A DNA stretch of 64,000 bases from Nibricoccus sp. Lineage in GTDB: Bacteria; Verrucomicrobiota; Verrucomicrobiia; Opitutales; Opitutaceae. This document shows positions 1 through 10,968 of the stretch, in pieces. The stretch spans positions 4,704,001 through 4,768,000 of the forward strand of contig JASGHG010000001.1 in assembly GCA_047602425.1 (NCBI GenBank). Reading direction: 5' to 3'. The notes under the pieces are model-generated. The model worked only from the letters and a program-made list of their open reading frames with translations. It was not told the DNA's origin and ran no database searches. Both the position numbers and the translations under genes were made by a program. Every line of letters starts with the position of its first letter. Position 1 is the stretch's first letter.

Positions 1-3000
1 GTGGTGACAGCCGTCGCGAACGGAAACTTGCGTCAGAAGCTCACCGTCGAAGCGAAAGGCGAAGTCGCGAGTCTGGCCGAAACCATCAACAACATGACGG
101 ATACGCTGGCGATTTTCGCCGAGCAGGTCACCAACGTCGCTCGTGAAGTCGGTGTCGAAGGTCGTCTTGGCGGTCAAGCGCACGTGCCCGGTGCCGCCGG
201 TACTTGGAAAGATCTCACCGGCAACGTCAATTTGCTCGCGGCCAATTTGACCACGCAGGTGCGCGCGATCGCCGACGTCGCCACCGCGGTGACCAAGGGC
301 GATCTTACGCGTTCCATTCAGGTCAACGCGCGCGGCGAGGTCGCCGAACTGAAGGACAACATCAACACGATGATCGCGAACCTGCGCGCGACGACCGAAA
401 CCAATCGCGAGCAGGATTGGTTGAAGACCAATCTCGCGAAATTCACCCGCATGCTGCAGGGCCAGCGCGATCTGTTCACCGTTGGCAAGATGTTGCTTTC
501 CCAACTCGTGCCGCTGGTCGATGCGCAACAAGGCACGATCTACCAAATGGACGACTCCGATATCGAGAGCCCTTCCCTGCGGTTGCTCGCCAGCTACGCC
601 TCCCGTCCGGGCCAGCCGGAGCGTATTAGTCTTGGTGAAGGGTTAGTGGGGCAGTGCGCGGTGGAGCGTCAGCGCATTTTGCTCTCCCATGTTCCGAGCG
701 AATACAGCCGCATCCATTCCAGCCTGGGCGACGCGATTCCCATCAACATTGTCGTGCTCCCCGTATTGTTCGAAGGCCAGGTCAAGGCTGTCATCGAACT
801 CGCCTCCCTCCACGTTTTCAACGTCACCCACATTTCGTTCCTCGAACAGTTGACTCAATCCATCGGCGTCGTGCTCAACACGATCGAGGCGACGATGCGG
901 ACCGAAGGATTGCTGCAACAGTCCCAGCAGCTCACGGTGGAATTGCAGTCGCAGCAAAAAGAGTTGCAACAGACCAACGAGCAACTTGCCCAGAAGGCGC
1001 GTCAGCTCGCCGAGCAAAACGCCGAGGTCGAACGCAAGAATCGCGAAGTCGAACAGGCCCGCCGCGCGCTCGAAGAGCAGGCGGCCGAACTTGCGCTCAC
1101 CTCCAAATACAAGTCCGAATTCCTCGCCAACATGTCGCACGAATTGCGCACACCGCTCAATTCGATCCTCATCCTCGGGCAGCAACTCGCCGAAAATGGC
1201 GCGGGCAACCTGCTGCCGAAACAGGTGGAGTGCGCGCGTAACATCCATTCGTCCGGCTCGGACTTGCTCAACCTGATCACCGACATTCTCGATCTCTCCA
1301 AGATTGAATCGGGAACGGTCACCGTCGATGCCGAAGAAGTCAGTTTCTCCTCGTTGCGCGATGCCGTTGAACGCAACTTCCGGCATATCGCGGACACGAA
1401 GAATCTGCCGTTCAACGTGGACTTTTCACCTGCTCTGCCCCGAATCATCACCACTGATCCAAAACGTCTGCAGCAGATTTTGAAGAATCTCTTGTCGAAC
1501 GCCTTTAAGTTCACCGCCCAGGGTTACGTCACGGTGAAAGTGCATCCCGCGCAAGAAGGTTGGACGACGGGCCATCCCATCCTGGCCCGCGCTACGCAAG
1601 TGGTCGCGTTTTCGATCACCGACACCGGTATCGGCATCGCGCCGGAAAAACAAAAATTGATCTTCGAAGCGTTTCAGCAAGCCGACGCAGGCACCAGCCG
1701 CAAGTACGGCGGTACCGGACTCGGTCTCGCGATTTCACGCGAACTGGCCACGCTGCTCGGCGGCGAGATCCGTCTGAACAGCATTCCGAACGTGGGCAGC
1801 ACGTTCACGCTTTATCTGCCTTTGCTCTATCTCGAACCCCCTTCCGAGATCACGCGCATCACTCACCAACCAGTCGCCATCCCCCACTTCCGGGAGGAAA
1901 TTGTCCCGGACGATCGCGAAAGCGTTCAAGAGGGTGATCGAACTCTGCTGATCGTCGAGGACGATCCGCACTACGCGCGCGTTCTGCTCGGACTCGCCCG
2001 CGAACGAGGCTTCAAGGGCATCGTCGCCACCCGCGGCACGTCCGCCCTCACCCTCGCCCGACAGTTCCAACCCACGGCCGTCACCCTGGACGTCGTTCTC
2101 CCCGACATGCTCGGCTGGACCGTACTCAACAACTTAAAGCTCAACACTTCGACCCGCCACATTCCTGTCCACATCATATCTGTTGAAGAGGAACGTTCGC
2201 ACGCACTGACGCGCGGAGCCTTTTCCTACACGGTAAAACCCGCGACCGTTGAGGGCTTGGACCGCTGTTTCGACCGCATCAAGCGGTTTGTCGATTCCAG
2301 TCCCAAACGCTTGCTCGTGGTGGAAGACAACGACATCGAGCGCCAGAGCATCGTCGACTTCCTCAGTCACGACGACATCGAGATCGCGACGGCTTCCACC
2401 GGCGCCGAGGCTCTGGAAAAACTTTTCGACCGGCCGTTCGACTGTTGTGTCTTGGATCTTCGACTACCGGATATTAGCGGGTTTGACCTGCTGGACAAAC
2501 TTCAAGCCGAACCAACGCTGCGAGAAATTCCCATCGTCGTGCTGACGGGCAAGGACCTCAGTCACGAAGAGGACGAACGACTGAAAGCCACCGCCAAAAG
2601 CGTCCTCATCAAAGGCGTGCAGTCTCCCGAAAGGCTCTTTGACGAAACGGCGCTGTTCCTCCACCGCGTGGTCACGGCATTGCCTCCAACCAAACAAAAG
2701 ATGCTGGAGCATCTCCACATTTCCAATGAGATGCTGCGGGGAAACAAAGTGCTCATCGTAGACGACGACGCGCGAAATATTTTCGCACTCACGACCCTGC
2801 TGGAGGATCACGAAATGGAAGTGATCAGCACCACCAACGGCCGGGAAGCCATCGAAATCATTCAAAAGCAGCCTGATGTCAGCGTGGTGCTCATGGATAT
2901 CATGATGCCCGAAATGGATGGCTACCAGACCATGACTGAAATGCGGAAATATCCGCAGGCCCACACTCTTCCGATACTAGCGCTCACCGCCAAAGCCATG

Positions 3001-3108
3001 AAAGGCGACCGTGATAAATGCCTCGCGGCCGGAGCTTCCGACTACATTGCCAAACCGGTTAATACCGACGAGCTCCTTTCCCTTCTTCGGGTCTGGCTCC
3101 ATCGCTGA
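1..3108 (+). CDS. Poly-HAMP hybrid sensor histidine kinase (HAMP repeats-GAF-coiled coil-HisKA-HATPase-3x REC); 5' end truncated by the window edge
   Basis: Repeated HAMP units ([38 protein letters not shown]), H-box [15 protein letters not shown]-box [11 protein letters not shown]-boxes DTGIGI and GGTGLGL, three receivers (LLIVEDD, LLVVEDN, VLIVDDD...DIMMP). Confidence 0.93.
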   Translation: MVTAVANGNLRQKLTVEAKGEVASLAETINNMTDTLAIFAEQVTNVAREVGVEGRLGGQAHVPGAAGTWKDLTGNVNLLAANLTTQVRAIADVATAVTKGDLTRSIQVNARGEVAELKDNINTMIANLRATTETNREQDWLKTNLAKFTRMLQGQRDLFTVGKMLLSQLVPLVDAQQGTIYQMDDSDIESPSLRLLASYASRPGQPERISLGEGLVGQCAVERQRILLSHVPSEYSRIHSSLGDAIPINIVVLPVLFEGQVKAVIELASLHVFNVTHISFLEQLTQSIGVVLNTIEATMRTEGLLQQSQQLTVELQSQQKELQQTNEQLAQKARQLAEQNAEVERKNREVEQARRALEEQAAELALTSKYKSEFLANMSHELRTPLNSILILGQQLAENGAGNLLPKQVECARNIHSSGSDLLNLITDILDLSKIESGTVTVDAEEVSFSSLRDAVERNFRHIADTKNLPFNVDFSPALPRIITTDPKRLQQILKNLLSNAFKFTAQGYVTVKVHPAQEGWTTGHPILARATQVVAFSITDTGIGIAPEKQKLIFEAFQQADAGTSRKYGGTGLGLAISRELATLLGGEIRLNSIPNVGSTFTLYLPLLYLEPPSEITRITHQPVAIPHFREEIVPDDRESVQEGDRTLLIVEDDPHYARVLLGLARERGFKGIVATRGTSALTLARQFQPTAVTLDVVLPDMLGWTVLNNLKLNTSTRHIPVHIISVEEERSHALTRGAFSYTVKPATVEGLDRCFDRIKRFVDSSPKRLLVVEDNDIERQSIVDFLSHDDIEIATASTGAEALEKLFDRPFDCCVLDLRLPDISGFDLLDKLQAEPTLREIPIVVLTGKDLSHEEDERLKATAKSVLIKGVQSPERLFDETALFLHRVVTALPPTKQKMLEHLHISNEMLRGNKVLIVDDDARNIFALTTLLEDHEMEVISTTNGREAIEIIQKQPDVSVVLMDIMMPEMDGYQTMTEMRKYPQAHTLPILALTAKAMKGDRDKCLAAGASDYIAKPVNTDELLSLLRVWLHR

Positions 3109-3125
3109 CGGCTGTTGCCTCGTTC

Positions 3126-5327
3126 ATGAATGCTTCAACCAAAGATCTCTCCGATCCCGTGCGGACTGGTCCGGTCGAGCAAACGGGTTTTGATGAATCG
3201 CAGGAAAAGAAGCCGGTCATGGCCGATGCGCCTGTCAATATTCTCCTCGTCGACGACGACGGTCGAAATCTCGACGTCCTGGAAAGCGTTCTGGAGTCCC
3301 CGGCCTACAATCTCGTGCGGGCGTTGAGCGCCGACCGTGCGCTGATGCAGCTGATTCAGGGCGATTTCGCCGTGATCGTGATGGACATCCAGATGCCCCA
3401 GATGAGCGGCATCGAACTGGCGCACCTCATCAAACAGCGGAAACGCACGCAGCATATTCCGATCATTTTCCTAACTGCCTACTATCAGGAGGACAACCAC
3501 GTCCTGGCGGGTTACGGCACCGGTGCGGTCGACTACCTGATAAAGCCGCTCAACCCCCAGATTCTCAAATCCAAGATCTCCGTTTTCGCGGATCTCTATC
3601 GCAAAACCCGCGCGCTGGCGGCCGCAAACCGCTCGCTGGAGCTCGAAGTCGCGCAACGGCAGCAAGCGGAGGAAGCGCTGCGTTGCGCCAACAACGAACT
3701 CGAATCCCGAGTCGAAGCGCGCACGGTCGAACTGCTTAATATCAACAATGAACTGCGCGAGCGGGAAAAGACGCTGATCGAACGTGAAGCCCAGCTTCGC
3801 CTCGTCACCGACCATGCCCCGGTCTTCATCGTGCAACTGGATCGTGCGCACCAATTCAAATTCGTGAATCGCACCTACGCCAGTTGCTTCAAAGCCGAAC
3901 CAGAGCAGATGATTGGAAAACATTTTTCGGAAATTCTGGGACAAGAGCCGTACGAAACCATTCGCCCTCACGTCGATGCGGCGCTGGGCGGCCAGAGTGT
4001 GGAGTTTGAAGTCGAGATTCCGTTCGCCTCTTCGGGCGTTCGGTGGCTGCACGTCGTTCACGAACCAGAACGCACGCCCCAAGGCGAGATCGTGGGCATT
4101 GTCGCGGTGATCAACGACATCACGGAGCGCAAAAGCACGGAGAACGAAATTGTTCGCGCCCGGGATCGTGCAATGGCCGCCTCGCGCGCCAAAGACGAAT
4201 TTCTCGCGCGGCTTTCCCACGAACTGCGCACGCCGCTCAACCCGGTGCTGCTCGTCGCGAGCGAAGCGGCGCAAAATCCCGCGCTCCCATCTCAGATACG
4301 GGCTGATTTCGAGGTGATAGCACAGAACGTAGCGCTTGAAGCGCGGCTGATTGACGACCTCCTCGACCTTACGAGCATCCTGCACGGGAAAGTGGCCCTC
4401 ACCTGCCGGCCACTGGATGTGCACACGATTCTCGAAGACTCGCTCAAGATGGTGCGCGCCGACATCATCAGGAAAAACCTATCCATCACGCTAGATCTAA
4501 AAGCGGCGCGCCGGACCGTGTTCTGCGACGAAGTGCGCATGAAACAGGTTTTCTGGAATATCCTGAAAAATGCGGTTAAATTCACTCCCGAAGGCGGAGC
4601 GGTGAAGGTGGCGACTTTGATCGATGAAGAAGGCGCCAACCTTTCAATCCAGATCGCCGACTCCGGAATTGGCATGACGGAGGATGAGATCAAACGTGTT
4701 TTTGTCGCGTTCTCCCAAGGAGACCACGCGGGCGGCGGCACCTCGCATCGGTTCGGCGGTTTGGGCCTGGGGTTGGCGATTTCACGTTTGTTGGTGGATT
4801 TGCACTCGGGAACTATTCGCGCCACCAGCGCGGGTCGAAATGGCGGATCCACCTTCCATATCCAATTTCCGCTGCACAACGAGACGCAGCGTTCTGAAGA
4901 TCCGCCGACACGTCCGGCGTCTTCGAGCCAGGCCGTTACTACGACTCATTCCTCTGCGGGCGCACCGATGCGACGCATTCTGCTCGTTGAAGATCACAAA
5001 CCGACGCGCAACACGCTGGCCCTTTTGTTGCAGCGCCGGCATTACGACGTTGTCACTGCCGATTGTTTCGCGGCGGCGCGGGCGGTCGCCGAACGCGAGG
5101 TGTTTGATTTGCTGATCTCCGATATCGGGCTGCCCGATGGCAACGGTTGTGATTTAATGTCCGAACTGCGCGATCGCTGTGGACTTCGCGGCATCGCCAT
5201 CACCGGATACGGCATGGAGGAAGATGTGCGCAAAGGCCGCCTCGCAGGATTTTGCGCGCACTTGACCAAACCCGTCAGCGTGGAAGCCCTCGATCAAGCT
5301 CTGCAATCCCTCGCAGCTCCGCGCTAG
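3126..5327 (+). CDS. Hybrid histidine kinase REC-coiled coil-PAS-HisKA-HATPase-REC (start may be the ATG at 3219)
   Basis: N-terminal ILLVDD...MDIQMP receiver, PAS/PAC ending in VINDITERK, H-box [34 protein letters not shown]-terminal receiver ILLVEDH...SDIGLP. Confidence 0.92.
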   Translation: MNASTKDLSDPVRTGPVEQTGFDESQEKKPVMADAPVNILLVDDDGRNLDVLESVLESPAYNLVRALSADRALMQLIQGDFAVIVMDIQMPQMSGIELAHLIKQRKRTQHIPIIFLTAYYQEDNHVLAGYGTGAVDYLIKPLNPQILKSKISVFADLYRKTRALAAANRSLELEVAQRQQAEEALRCANNELESRVEARTVELLNINNELREREKTLIEREAQLRLVTDHAPVFIVQLDRAHQFKFVNRTYASCFKAEPEQMIGKHFSEILGQEPYETIRPHVDAALGGQSVEFEVEIPFASSGVRWLHVVHEPERTPQGEIVGIVAVINDITERKSTENEIVRARDRAMAASRAKDEFLARLSHELRTPLNPVLLVASEAAQNPALPSQIRADFEVIAQNVALEARLIDDLLDLTSILHGKVALTCRPLDVHTILEDSLKMVRADIIRKNLSITLDLKAARRTVFCDEVRMKQVFWNILKNAVKFTPEGGAVKVATLIDEEGANLSIQIADSGIGMTEDEIKRVFVAFSQGDHAGGGTSHRFGGLGLGLAISRLLVDLHSGTIRATSAGRNGGSTFHIQFPLHNETQRSEDPPTRPASSSQAVTTTHSSAGAPMRRILLVEDHKPTRNTLALLLQRRHYDVVTADCFAAARAVAEREVFDLLISDIGLPDGNGCDLMSELRDRCGLRGIAITGYGMEEDVRKGRLAGFCAHLTKPVSVEALDQALQSLAAPR

Positions 5328-5494
5328 AGCACATACAATAAAACTGTAGCCGCAAATCGGTGCTATGAATCGAGCTGTCTTCGTAGGGGCGCAGTCTTGC
5401 TGCGCCCTTTCTGTAGCGAAGCCCAACCGGGTGCAGCAAAACTACGCCCCTACAGCCGGAGTTGTGCGGCTATGGCATTTTTTAAAATGCTCTA
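5325..5494. repeat. MITE/REPIN-like element, copy 1: GAGCA...TGCTC (5327-5492) with flanking TA and an internal inverted pair of GTAG-type REP palindromes
   Basis: Highly similar second copy at 40747-40821 plus 42136-42234. Terminal inverted repeat TAGAGCA/TGCTCTA. REP GTAGGGGCGCAGTCTTGCTGCGCCC at 5383-5407 and a degenerate inverted copy at 5429-5453. Confidence 0.88.
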
Positions 5495-5556
5495 AAGGCC
5501 CGCAGCCGATTTTCGAGACGATTGCTTCAAACATGGCGCCGCTGGAGTAGAAAAAA

Positions 5557-6690
5557 TTATTTCGCGCCAACTAACGCCAGCATCAATCGCGAGCGGGTTG
5601 TCACCCCGGCTTTTTTAAACATGCGGTGGAGATGAAACTTCACGGATTCCACCGATTTTCCAAGCTCGCTCGCGATCTCCTGATTGCTCATTCCCTCTCG
5701 CACGAGGTTGGCAACTTGACGCTCGGCCGTGGTTAGCGAGTCCACCACCGAGGTCGTCGCATCGCACGTGCCAGTGGACTGCCGTTCGAACTGCACGATA
5801 AAATTCGGCAACGCCGTTCCGACCAGGCTCGCCCCGCATAGACGCACCGTCGCGTAGTGCGCCGGTACCGTCGGGTGACGCACCAGATGAGTTTTCCGCA
5901 AACGCCCCGCGCCGGGTTTTTCAATCCATTCATCGCGCAGCCGCTCGCAGGTGGCCAAAATATCCGTCGGCAACGCTTCCGGCCGGCGGCTGACTTTGAG
6001 CTGCCCGCGGCCGTCGTCTTTCCACGCCAGAATGGAGGTTTGCGACGCACGATTATGCCAAACCACCCTCAATCGGGAATCAAGCATCACCGTACCAAGG
6101 TGATAATTTCGCAGCGCCAGCGAAATCCCATCGAGGAGCACCCGCGAAAGCAAACGCTGGCAAAGCAGAGCCCAGGCGTTGTCGATGTAGCGGCGAAACG
6201 ATTCCAATCGCTCCAGTTCGCCTTGTTCGAATTCTCGCGCGCCGGACAGGCGCAGCACCGAAAAAGCCAGGGTCATCGGATCCGCATGCTCGCCGATGAA
6301 CAACAGCACGGCCTGGGCCGAACCAATTCGCTTCAGAATCTCGCAGCGATAACCTTCCAGTCCTTCTTCCGAGGAAAACCCCATGCCCGCGCGTACGACC
6401 AGGGCTTTTTCTCCAGAGCTAATTTCGCGGCGGATTTCCTGGAACAGCTCGGCTTTGCGCTGGACGAACGGCGCTTCCCAAGTCCGCTCACGGGAATCGT
6501 GCGCCACAAAACCGCCGCCCGCCGATCTGCGCCGCAATGCGATGGAAAAATCGCCCAATTGCTCGGAGTTCAAGAGTTCCTGAGCCGCGGTGACAAAACT
6601 CACGGCACTGTTCGCCACATAAAGCTTTAACACCTGGCTCAGAACGCGGCTTTCGGAAAGAGCGACGGAATTTTGGGCCACAGATCTCAT
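5557..6690 (-). CDS. LuxR-family HTH transcriptional regulator, divergent from the injection-system operon
   Basis: C-terminal LTTAERQVANLVREGMSNQEIASELGKSVESVKFHLHRMFKKAGV is a LuxR HTH. The N-terminal region is not recognised. Confidence 0.88.
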   Translation of the reverse strand: MRSVAQNSVALSESRVLSQVLKLYVANSAVSFVTAAQELLNSEQLGDFSIALRRRSAGGGFVAHDSRERTWEAPFVQRKAELFQEIRREISSGEKALVVRAGMGFSSEEGLEGYRCEILKRIGSAQAVLLFIGEHADPMTLAFSVLRLSGAREFEQGELERLESFRRYIDNAWALLCQRLLSRVLLDGISLALRNYHLGTVMLDSRLRVVWHNRASQTSILAWKDDGRGQLKVSRRPEALPTDILATCERLRDEWIEKPGAGRLRKTHLVRHPTVPAHYATVRLCGASLVGTALPNFIVQFERQSTGTCDATTSVVDSLTTAERQVANLVREGMSNQEIASELGKSVESVKFHLHRMFKKAGVTTRSRLMLALVGAK

Positions 6691-7243
6691 GCGCGCCCCA
6701 CTCCACGGAAATTATATATAATACAAAAAATCACTAATAACATAAGTTATAAACTATATTCGAAAGCAGACCTAATGTGTCCGAACCTGCGCGGGCAAAA
6801 TCTAACCTAAAGTTAGGAAGACCCGCGCCACGTTCAAGTATAGTATTTGGTTTATTATATATGTAATCGAATTGCATAAATACAGGAGCCGATTTCGTGT
6901 TAGGAAATTGCATTAACGAATTCGGGTGGGACCTATATTAATATTAGTTCTTGGATTTCAAAATCATATCACTTCGAAAACGCAGGATTTCGTTTTTCAC
7001 CCCCGCTCGTCAGCGACGTATCATGTTTTGTCCGCATCACAAATCAACACATCACATCACAAATGCTCCTTCGAGCCTTCAGGTAGGAATCCGTTTTTTC
7101 AAACCAGCGTGAGGTTTTAGTTTTTTCACTTCCCCCGGTCGCAAGTGGCTTAGTCGGCATGAATCTGATTGCTGACATCGGTCCTTCGGAATCACAGCCG
7201 GCTTCATCGGAGGAATTTTCTCTGACCTGCGCCTAATAGACAA
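6691..7243. promoter_or_regulatory. AT-rich divergent promoter region between luxR and the CIS operon, with palindrome CCTAA-AG-TTAGG at 6806-6817
   Basis: Marked AT enrichment at ~6705-6990 in a GC-rich background, lying between divergent starts. Confidence 0.55.
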
Positions 7244-7849
7244 ATGGCCAATTACCTCGCCATACACTCTTTCTGCCAATCGCTCTGCGATTATCTTTCG
7301 CAACGGTACGCAACTTACGTGCCGCCGCCCGGTGTCCCCGCTCTGCCGAAGGCCACCTTTACCGTCCTCAGTTCCTCGAAGTTTAGTTCCAACGATAACG
7401 TCCAGGAGGAATCCAGTTCCACGGTTTCACTTTTTTTGCATCGCGTCTCGATCAACAACCATTTGCGCAACTCCCGCGCGGGCGGCGCTACCGGGCCGCT
7501 AGGACTCGATCTGCATTTTCTCCTGACGATCTGGGCCGACAAAGCCGACGAGGAACACATCCTGCTCGCTTGGACGATGCATGAACTGCATCGCCATGCC
7601 TTTCTCGATACGAGTTCGCTCAGTGCCGACGCCCACTGGGCGGTCGACGAACAGGTTAACATCGCTCCGGGCGAACTTCCGCCGGAAGAGATGGCTCGCA
7701 TTTGGGAGGCGTCGCATCGCGGTTACCGTCTCAGTTATCCGTTTGTCGCGCGAGTCATTCGCATCAGCGACGATCCCGCCGTCTCCACCACACCTGTCGT
7801 GGCTACGCGTTTTAGTTACACCGACAATCTCAAGGAGACGGTGCCATGA
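7244..7849 (+). CDS. DUF4255 / Pvc16-Afp16-like tail cap (terminator) protein
   Basis: Motifs VSLFLHRVSINNHLRN, LDLHFLLTIWA, EHILLAWTMHELH, EEMARIWEA; first gene of the operon. Confidence 0.85.
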   Translation: MANYLAIHSFCQSLCDYLSQRYATYVPPPGVPALPKATFTVLSSSKFSSNDNVQEESSSTVSLFLHRVSINNHLRNSRAGGATGPLGLDLHFLLTIWADKADEEHILLAWTMHELHRHAFLDTSSLSADAHWAVDEQVNIAPGELPPEEMARIWEASHRGYRLSYPFVARVIRISDDPAVSTTPVVATRFSYTDNLKETVP

Positions 7850-8622
7850 TCAAGGAACGCATCGATACTCGTATACTTGGAGCGGTGCGTTGGGTTGATG
7901 CCGTCACGCTCGCGCCGATTCCCTATCCTCTTGTCGCCACTGGCGCGCAGCTTCGCTTCACGCGCAATCTCAGCGGACTCTGCGTTATCACGCACGCCGA
8001 CGGGCTCGAGAAATACACGCCGACTTTTAAGCTCACCGATCTTTTACCCGCCGATGTTGTCACCACGGGTTCGCTTGGCCGTTCCGGGCAGGTTGAAGAT
8101 CCGTCCGGAAATTATTTGCCGACGAAATTCACGCTCAGTCTTCCGCGCGATCCGAGCCCGGCTCTGGTAGGTCCCAACAACGACCAGCGTCCGCCCAATT
8201 CGCTTTTCAGCCCGTTTGAAATTGGACTCCTGCCCTCGCCCACTTCGCGGGTCGCGCCGGGTTTCGCTCAGGTTCGCGTGCTCATTCTCGACAACGCTTC
8301 GAACCCAATTCGCAACGCCCTCGCCCGCGTCATGGCGACAGCCGACGACGCGCTCCTTGGCTGCGGCCTTTCCGATCAGCGGGGAGAAGCCCTCGTCGCC
8401 ATTCCCGGCCTCAAACATTTCGCGCCCGGCGACACCGAAGACGAAGTCGTCAGCGTCGTGACCGAAGCCAGGCTCGAAATCATTTTGCCGCCGAATACCG
8501 AACCAATTGTCGACTGGACGGCGTTGCGCGACGCGACAGTCGCCGCCGGCAACACCGATCCCGAACTTCTGCACCTAAAACCCGGCGCATCCTACAGCCG
8601 CCACTATCCCTTTACGACCTAA
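7846..8622 (+). CDS. CIS-associated protein with a carboxypeptidase-regulatory-like beta-sandwich; possible cap adaptor
   Basis: ATGA overlap with the cap gene; PIRNALARV...GLSDQRGEALV pattern; position between cap and sheath. Confidence 0.55.
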   Translation: MIKERIDTRILGAVRWVDAVTLAPIPYPLVATGAQLRFTRNLSGLCVITHADGLEKYTPTFKLTDLLPADVVTTGSLGRSGQVEDPSGNYLPTKFTLSLPRDPSPALVGPNNDQRPPNSLFSPFEIGLLPSPTSRVAPGFAQVRVLILDNASNPIRNALARVMATADDALLGCGLSDQRGEALVAIPGLKHFAPGDTEDEVVSVVTEARLEIILPPNTEPIVDWTALRDATVAAGNTDPELLHLKPGASYSRHYPFTT

Positions 8623-8668
8623 GGCCACTGGCCCCGGCCGTCACCTCCAACATTAACCCAACATAATC

Positions 8669-10477
8669 ATGCCAGAATACCTAGCGCCCGGAGTGTTCGT
8701 TGAAGAGACAAGCTTCCGGAGCAAATCCATCGAAGGAGTAAGCACCAGCACCACCGCGTTTGTCGGGCCCACCCGTCGTGGTCCCGTTAACGAGATTCCT
8801 GAACTCCTCACCAGCTTCGCAGACTTCGAGCGCATCTACGGTGGTGTGGATGATCTCGGCAGCGGCTCGACCGCCAAAACCAACTATCTCGCCCACGCGG
8901 TCACGGCCTATTTCAACGAAGGTGGCGCTCGCCTCTATGTGGCCCGCGCCTTCCCGATCACCGGCACGCTCACCGAACCGGATCCGTTTGCCACGAGCCC
9001 CAGCGCGGGCACCCCGGCCAAGGCCTACGCCACCGTGGTGATTCCCGCTTCGGGTTCGGGCAGTTCCGCGGTGCCTGCAGCCAATGTCGGTCACTTCCAA
9101 GCGCGCTTTCCTGGTGCAGCCTACAATGGGAAAATCACCGTCGTCCAACGTGCCGCTTTGTCTTCGGTGGACGCGGCTAAAAAAGCCATCGACGGCAGCT
9201 TGTTCCGTGTGACGGTGACGACTGGTTCTGGTAGCAGCGCCACCACCACTGTCACTTTTTTCACAAAGAAAGGTGCGGTTTTCACCGGCGCGTCCTCCTC
9301 CGATGCATTCCCCAGCGCCGATGCGGCCGGCACGGCGATCGAGCTCCTGACTCTTGACGTGATCACGGAGGACGATCGTGGCGAACCACTTGGTACCTAC
9401 GAAGGCCTCGGTTACCATCCCGATCACAAGCTCTACATCGGCTGGGTGCTCGCCATCGACCAAAACAAGCGCGCCGACCATCTCTCCACTTCGTTTGCGT
9501 TCAAGCCGGCATCGACCAGCATCACGGCGTTTCAGCTGCAAAAAGTTTTCGAGCCCGCCAGTGGCACGACGTCGAAGACCTTTACCTTGGCCAATGGAAC
9601 CGAGCCGACTTACACGAAAAACGATTTCGACGCCGCGCTTTCGATCATCGAGGGCATCGACGATGTCTCCATCGTGGCCGCGCCCGGACATACCACGATC
9701 GATACCGCCATTGCCAATTCGCTTGTCACGCACGCCGAGAAGCGTCGCTCCTATCGGATCGCCGTCCTGGAAACGCCGAAGAGCCTGCTGCCGACCGGCG
9801 CCCGCGACTATAAGGCCAAGATCGATTCGAAGTACGCCGCGCTCTATTATCCATGGGTCGTTGCGCCGAACCCTAACTTTGATCCAAACAACCAGAACAC
9901 GGATGCTGAGGTCGTTCTCCCGCCTTCCGGTTTCGTTTGCGGCATCTATGCCCGTAACGACATCGAGCGCGGCGTGCACAAGGCTCCCGCCAACGAAGTC
10001 GTTCGCACCGCCTTGCGCTTCGAACGCCTCGTCAACACCGGGGAACAGGAAATTCTCAATCCTGCCGGTGTGAATTGCCTGCGCTACTTCGCCGGCCGCG
10101 GCAATCGCGTCTGGGGCGCCCGCACCACGTCGTCCGACCCCGAGTGGAAGTACGTCAATATTCGCCGCTACTTCAATTACCTAGAGCACTCCATCGACGT
10201 CGGCACGCAATGGGCGGTCTTCGAGGGTAACGGCGAACGTCTCTGGTCCAACGTCCGCGATACGGTCACGGGTTTTCTTTTCAACGAATGGGTCAACGGC
10301 GCCCTTCTCGGCGACAAGCCCGAGCAGGCCTTCTTCGTGAAATGCGACCGTTCCACCATGACCCAAAACGACCTCGATAACGGCCGTCTCATCTGCCTCA
10401 TCGGCGTCGCGGCGATCAAGCCCGCTGAATTCGTCATCTTCCGCATCGGCCAAAAGACCGCCGATGCCCGTTCCTAA
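8669..10477 (+). CDS. Major contractile tail sheath protein
   Basis: MPEYLAPGVFVEE, TAFVGPTRRGP, AALYYPW, RGVHKAPANE, VWGART, WKYVNIRR, KPAEFVIFRI. Confidence 0.96.
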   Translation: MPEYLAPGVFVEETSFRSKSIEGVSTSTTAFVGPTRRGPVNEIPELLTSFADFERIYGGVDDLGSGSTAKTNYLAHAVTAYFNEGGARLYVARAFPITGTLTEPDPFATSPSAGTPAKAYATVVIPASGSGSSAVPAANVGHFQARFPGAAYNGKITVVQRAALSSVDAAKKAIDGSLFRVTVTTGSGSSATTTVTFFTKKGAVFTGASSSDAFPSADAAGTAIELLTLDVITEDDRGEPLGTYEGLGYHPDHKLYIGWVLAIDQNKRADHLSTSFAFKPASTSITAFQLQKVFEPASGTTSKTFTLANGTEPTYTKNDFDAALSIIEGIDDVSIVAAPGHTTIDTAIANSLVTHAEKRRSYRIAVLETPKSLLPTGARDYKAKIDSKYAALYYPWVVAPNPNFDPNNQNTDAEVVLPPSGFVCGIYARNDIERGVHKAPANEVVRTALRFERLVNTGEQEILNPAGVNCLRYFAGRGNRVWGARTTSSDPEWKYVNIRRYFNYLEHSIDVGTQWAVFEGNGERLWSNVRDTVTGFLFNEWVNGALLGDKPEQAFFVKCDRSTMTQNDLDNGRLICLIGVAAIKPAEFVIFRIGQKTADARS

Positions 10478-10504
10478 ACTAATCGCTTTAACCAAAGGTA
10501 AACC

Positions 10505-10954
10505 ATGCCTCGCAGCACTCCCTACGGCGCCTTCAACTTCTCCGTAAACCTCAATTCCCCCGGCGTCGATCCGGCCTCCGAGCTCGGCGGCTTTTCCGAC
10601 GTCTCCGGCCTCGTCACTGAATCGGTCGTTGCCGAATATCGCAACGGCAACGCCAAGGAAAACCACGTCAAAAAAATCCCGCTGATGCACAAGGTGGGCG
10701 ACGTCACGCTCAAACGCGGCGTCGTCGACTCGACCGAATTCTTTGCGTGGATCAAGGACACGCGTGAAAAGGGCTACTCCTCCAAACGCGATGTCGTCAT
10801 CACGCTTCGCGACGAGACCGGCGCCGATGTCCGCAAATGGAAACTCCAAAGCGTACTCCCGCTCAAATACACCGGCCCAACTCTCGCCGGTAAAGGTGGC
10901 GATGTCGCGATGGAGGAACTCGTCCTCTCCTCCGAAGGCATGGTGATCGAGTAA
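10505..10954 (+). CDS. Tail tube protein (T4 gp19-like, Afp1/5 class)
   Basis: GGFSDVSGL, EYRNGN, DVTLKRGV, VAMEELVL; directly follows the sheath gene. Confidence 0.94.
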   Translation: MPRSTPYGAFNFSVNLNSPGVDPASELGGFSDVSGLVTESVVAEYRNGNAKENHVKKIPLMHKVGDVTLKRGVVDSTEFFAWIKDTREKGYSSKRDVVITLRDETGADVRKWKLQSVLPLKYTGPTLAGKGGDVAMEELVLSSEGMVIE

Positions 10955-10968
10955 GTCCGCACTCTGTC

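Noticed and set aside
5154..5550. Short ORFs 5154-5426 and 5365-5550 (and 40726-41022) resembling each other
   Set aside because: The similarity comes from the shared non-coding repeat.
7140..7175. Sigma-54 promoter (TGGC...TTGC) upstream of the CIS
   Set aside because: GG-to-GC spacing does not fit the -24/-12 consensus.
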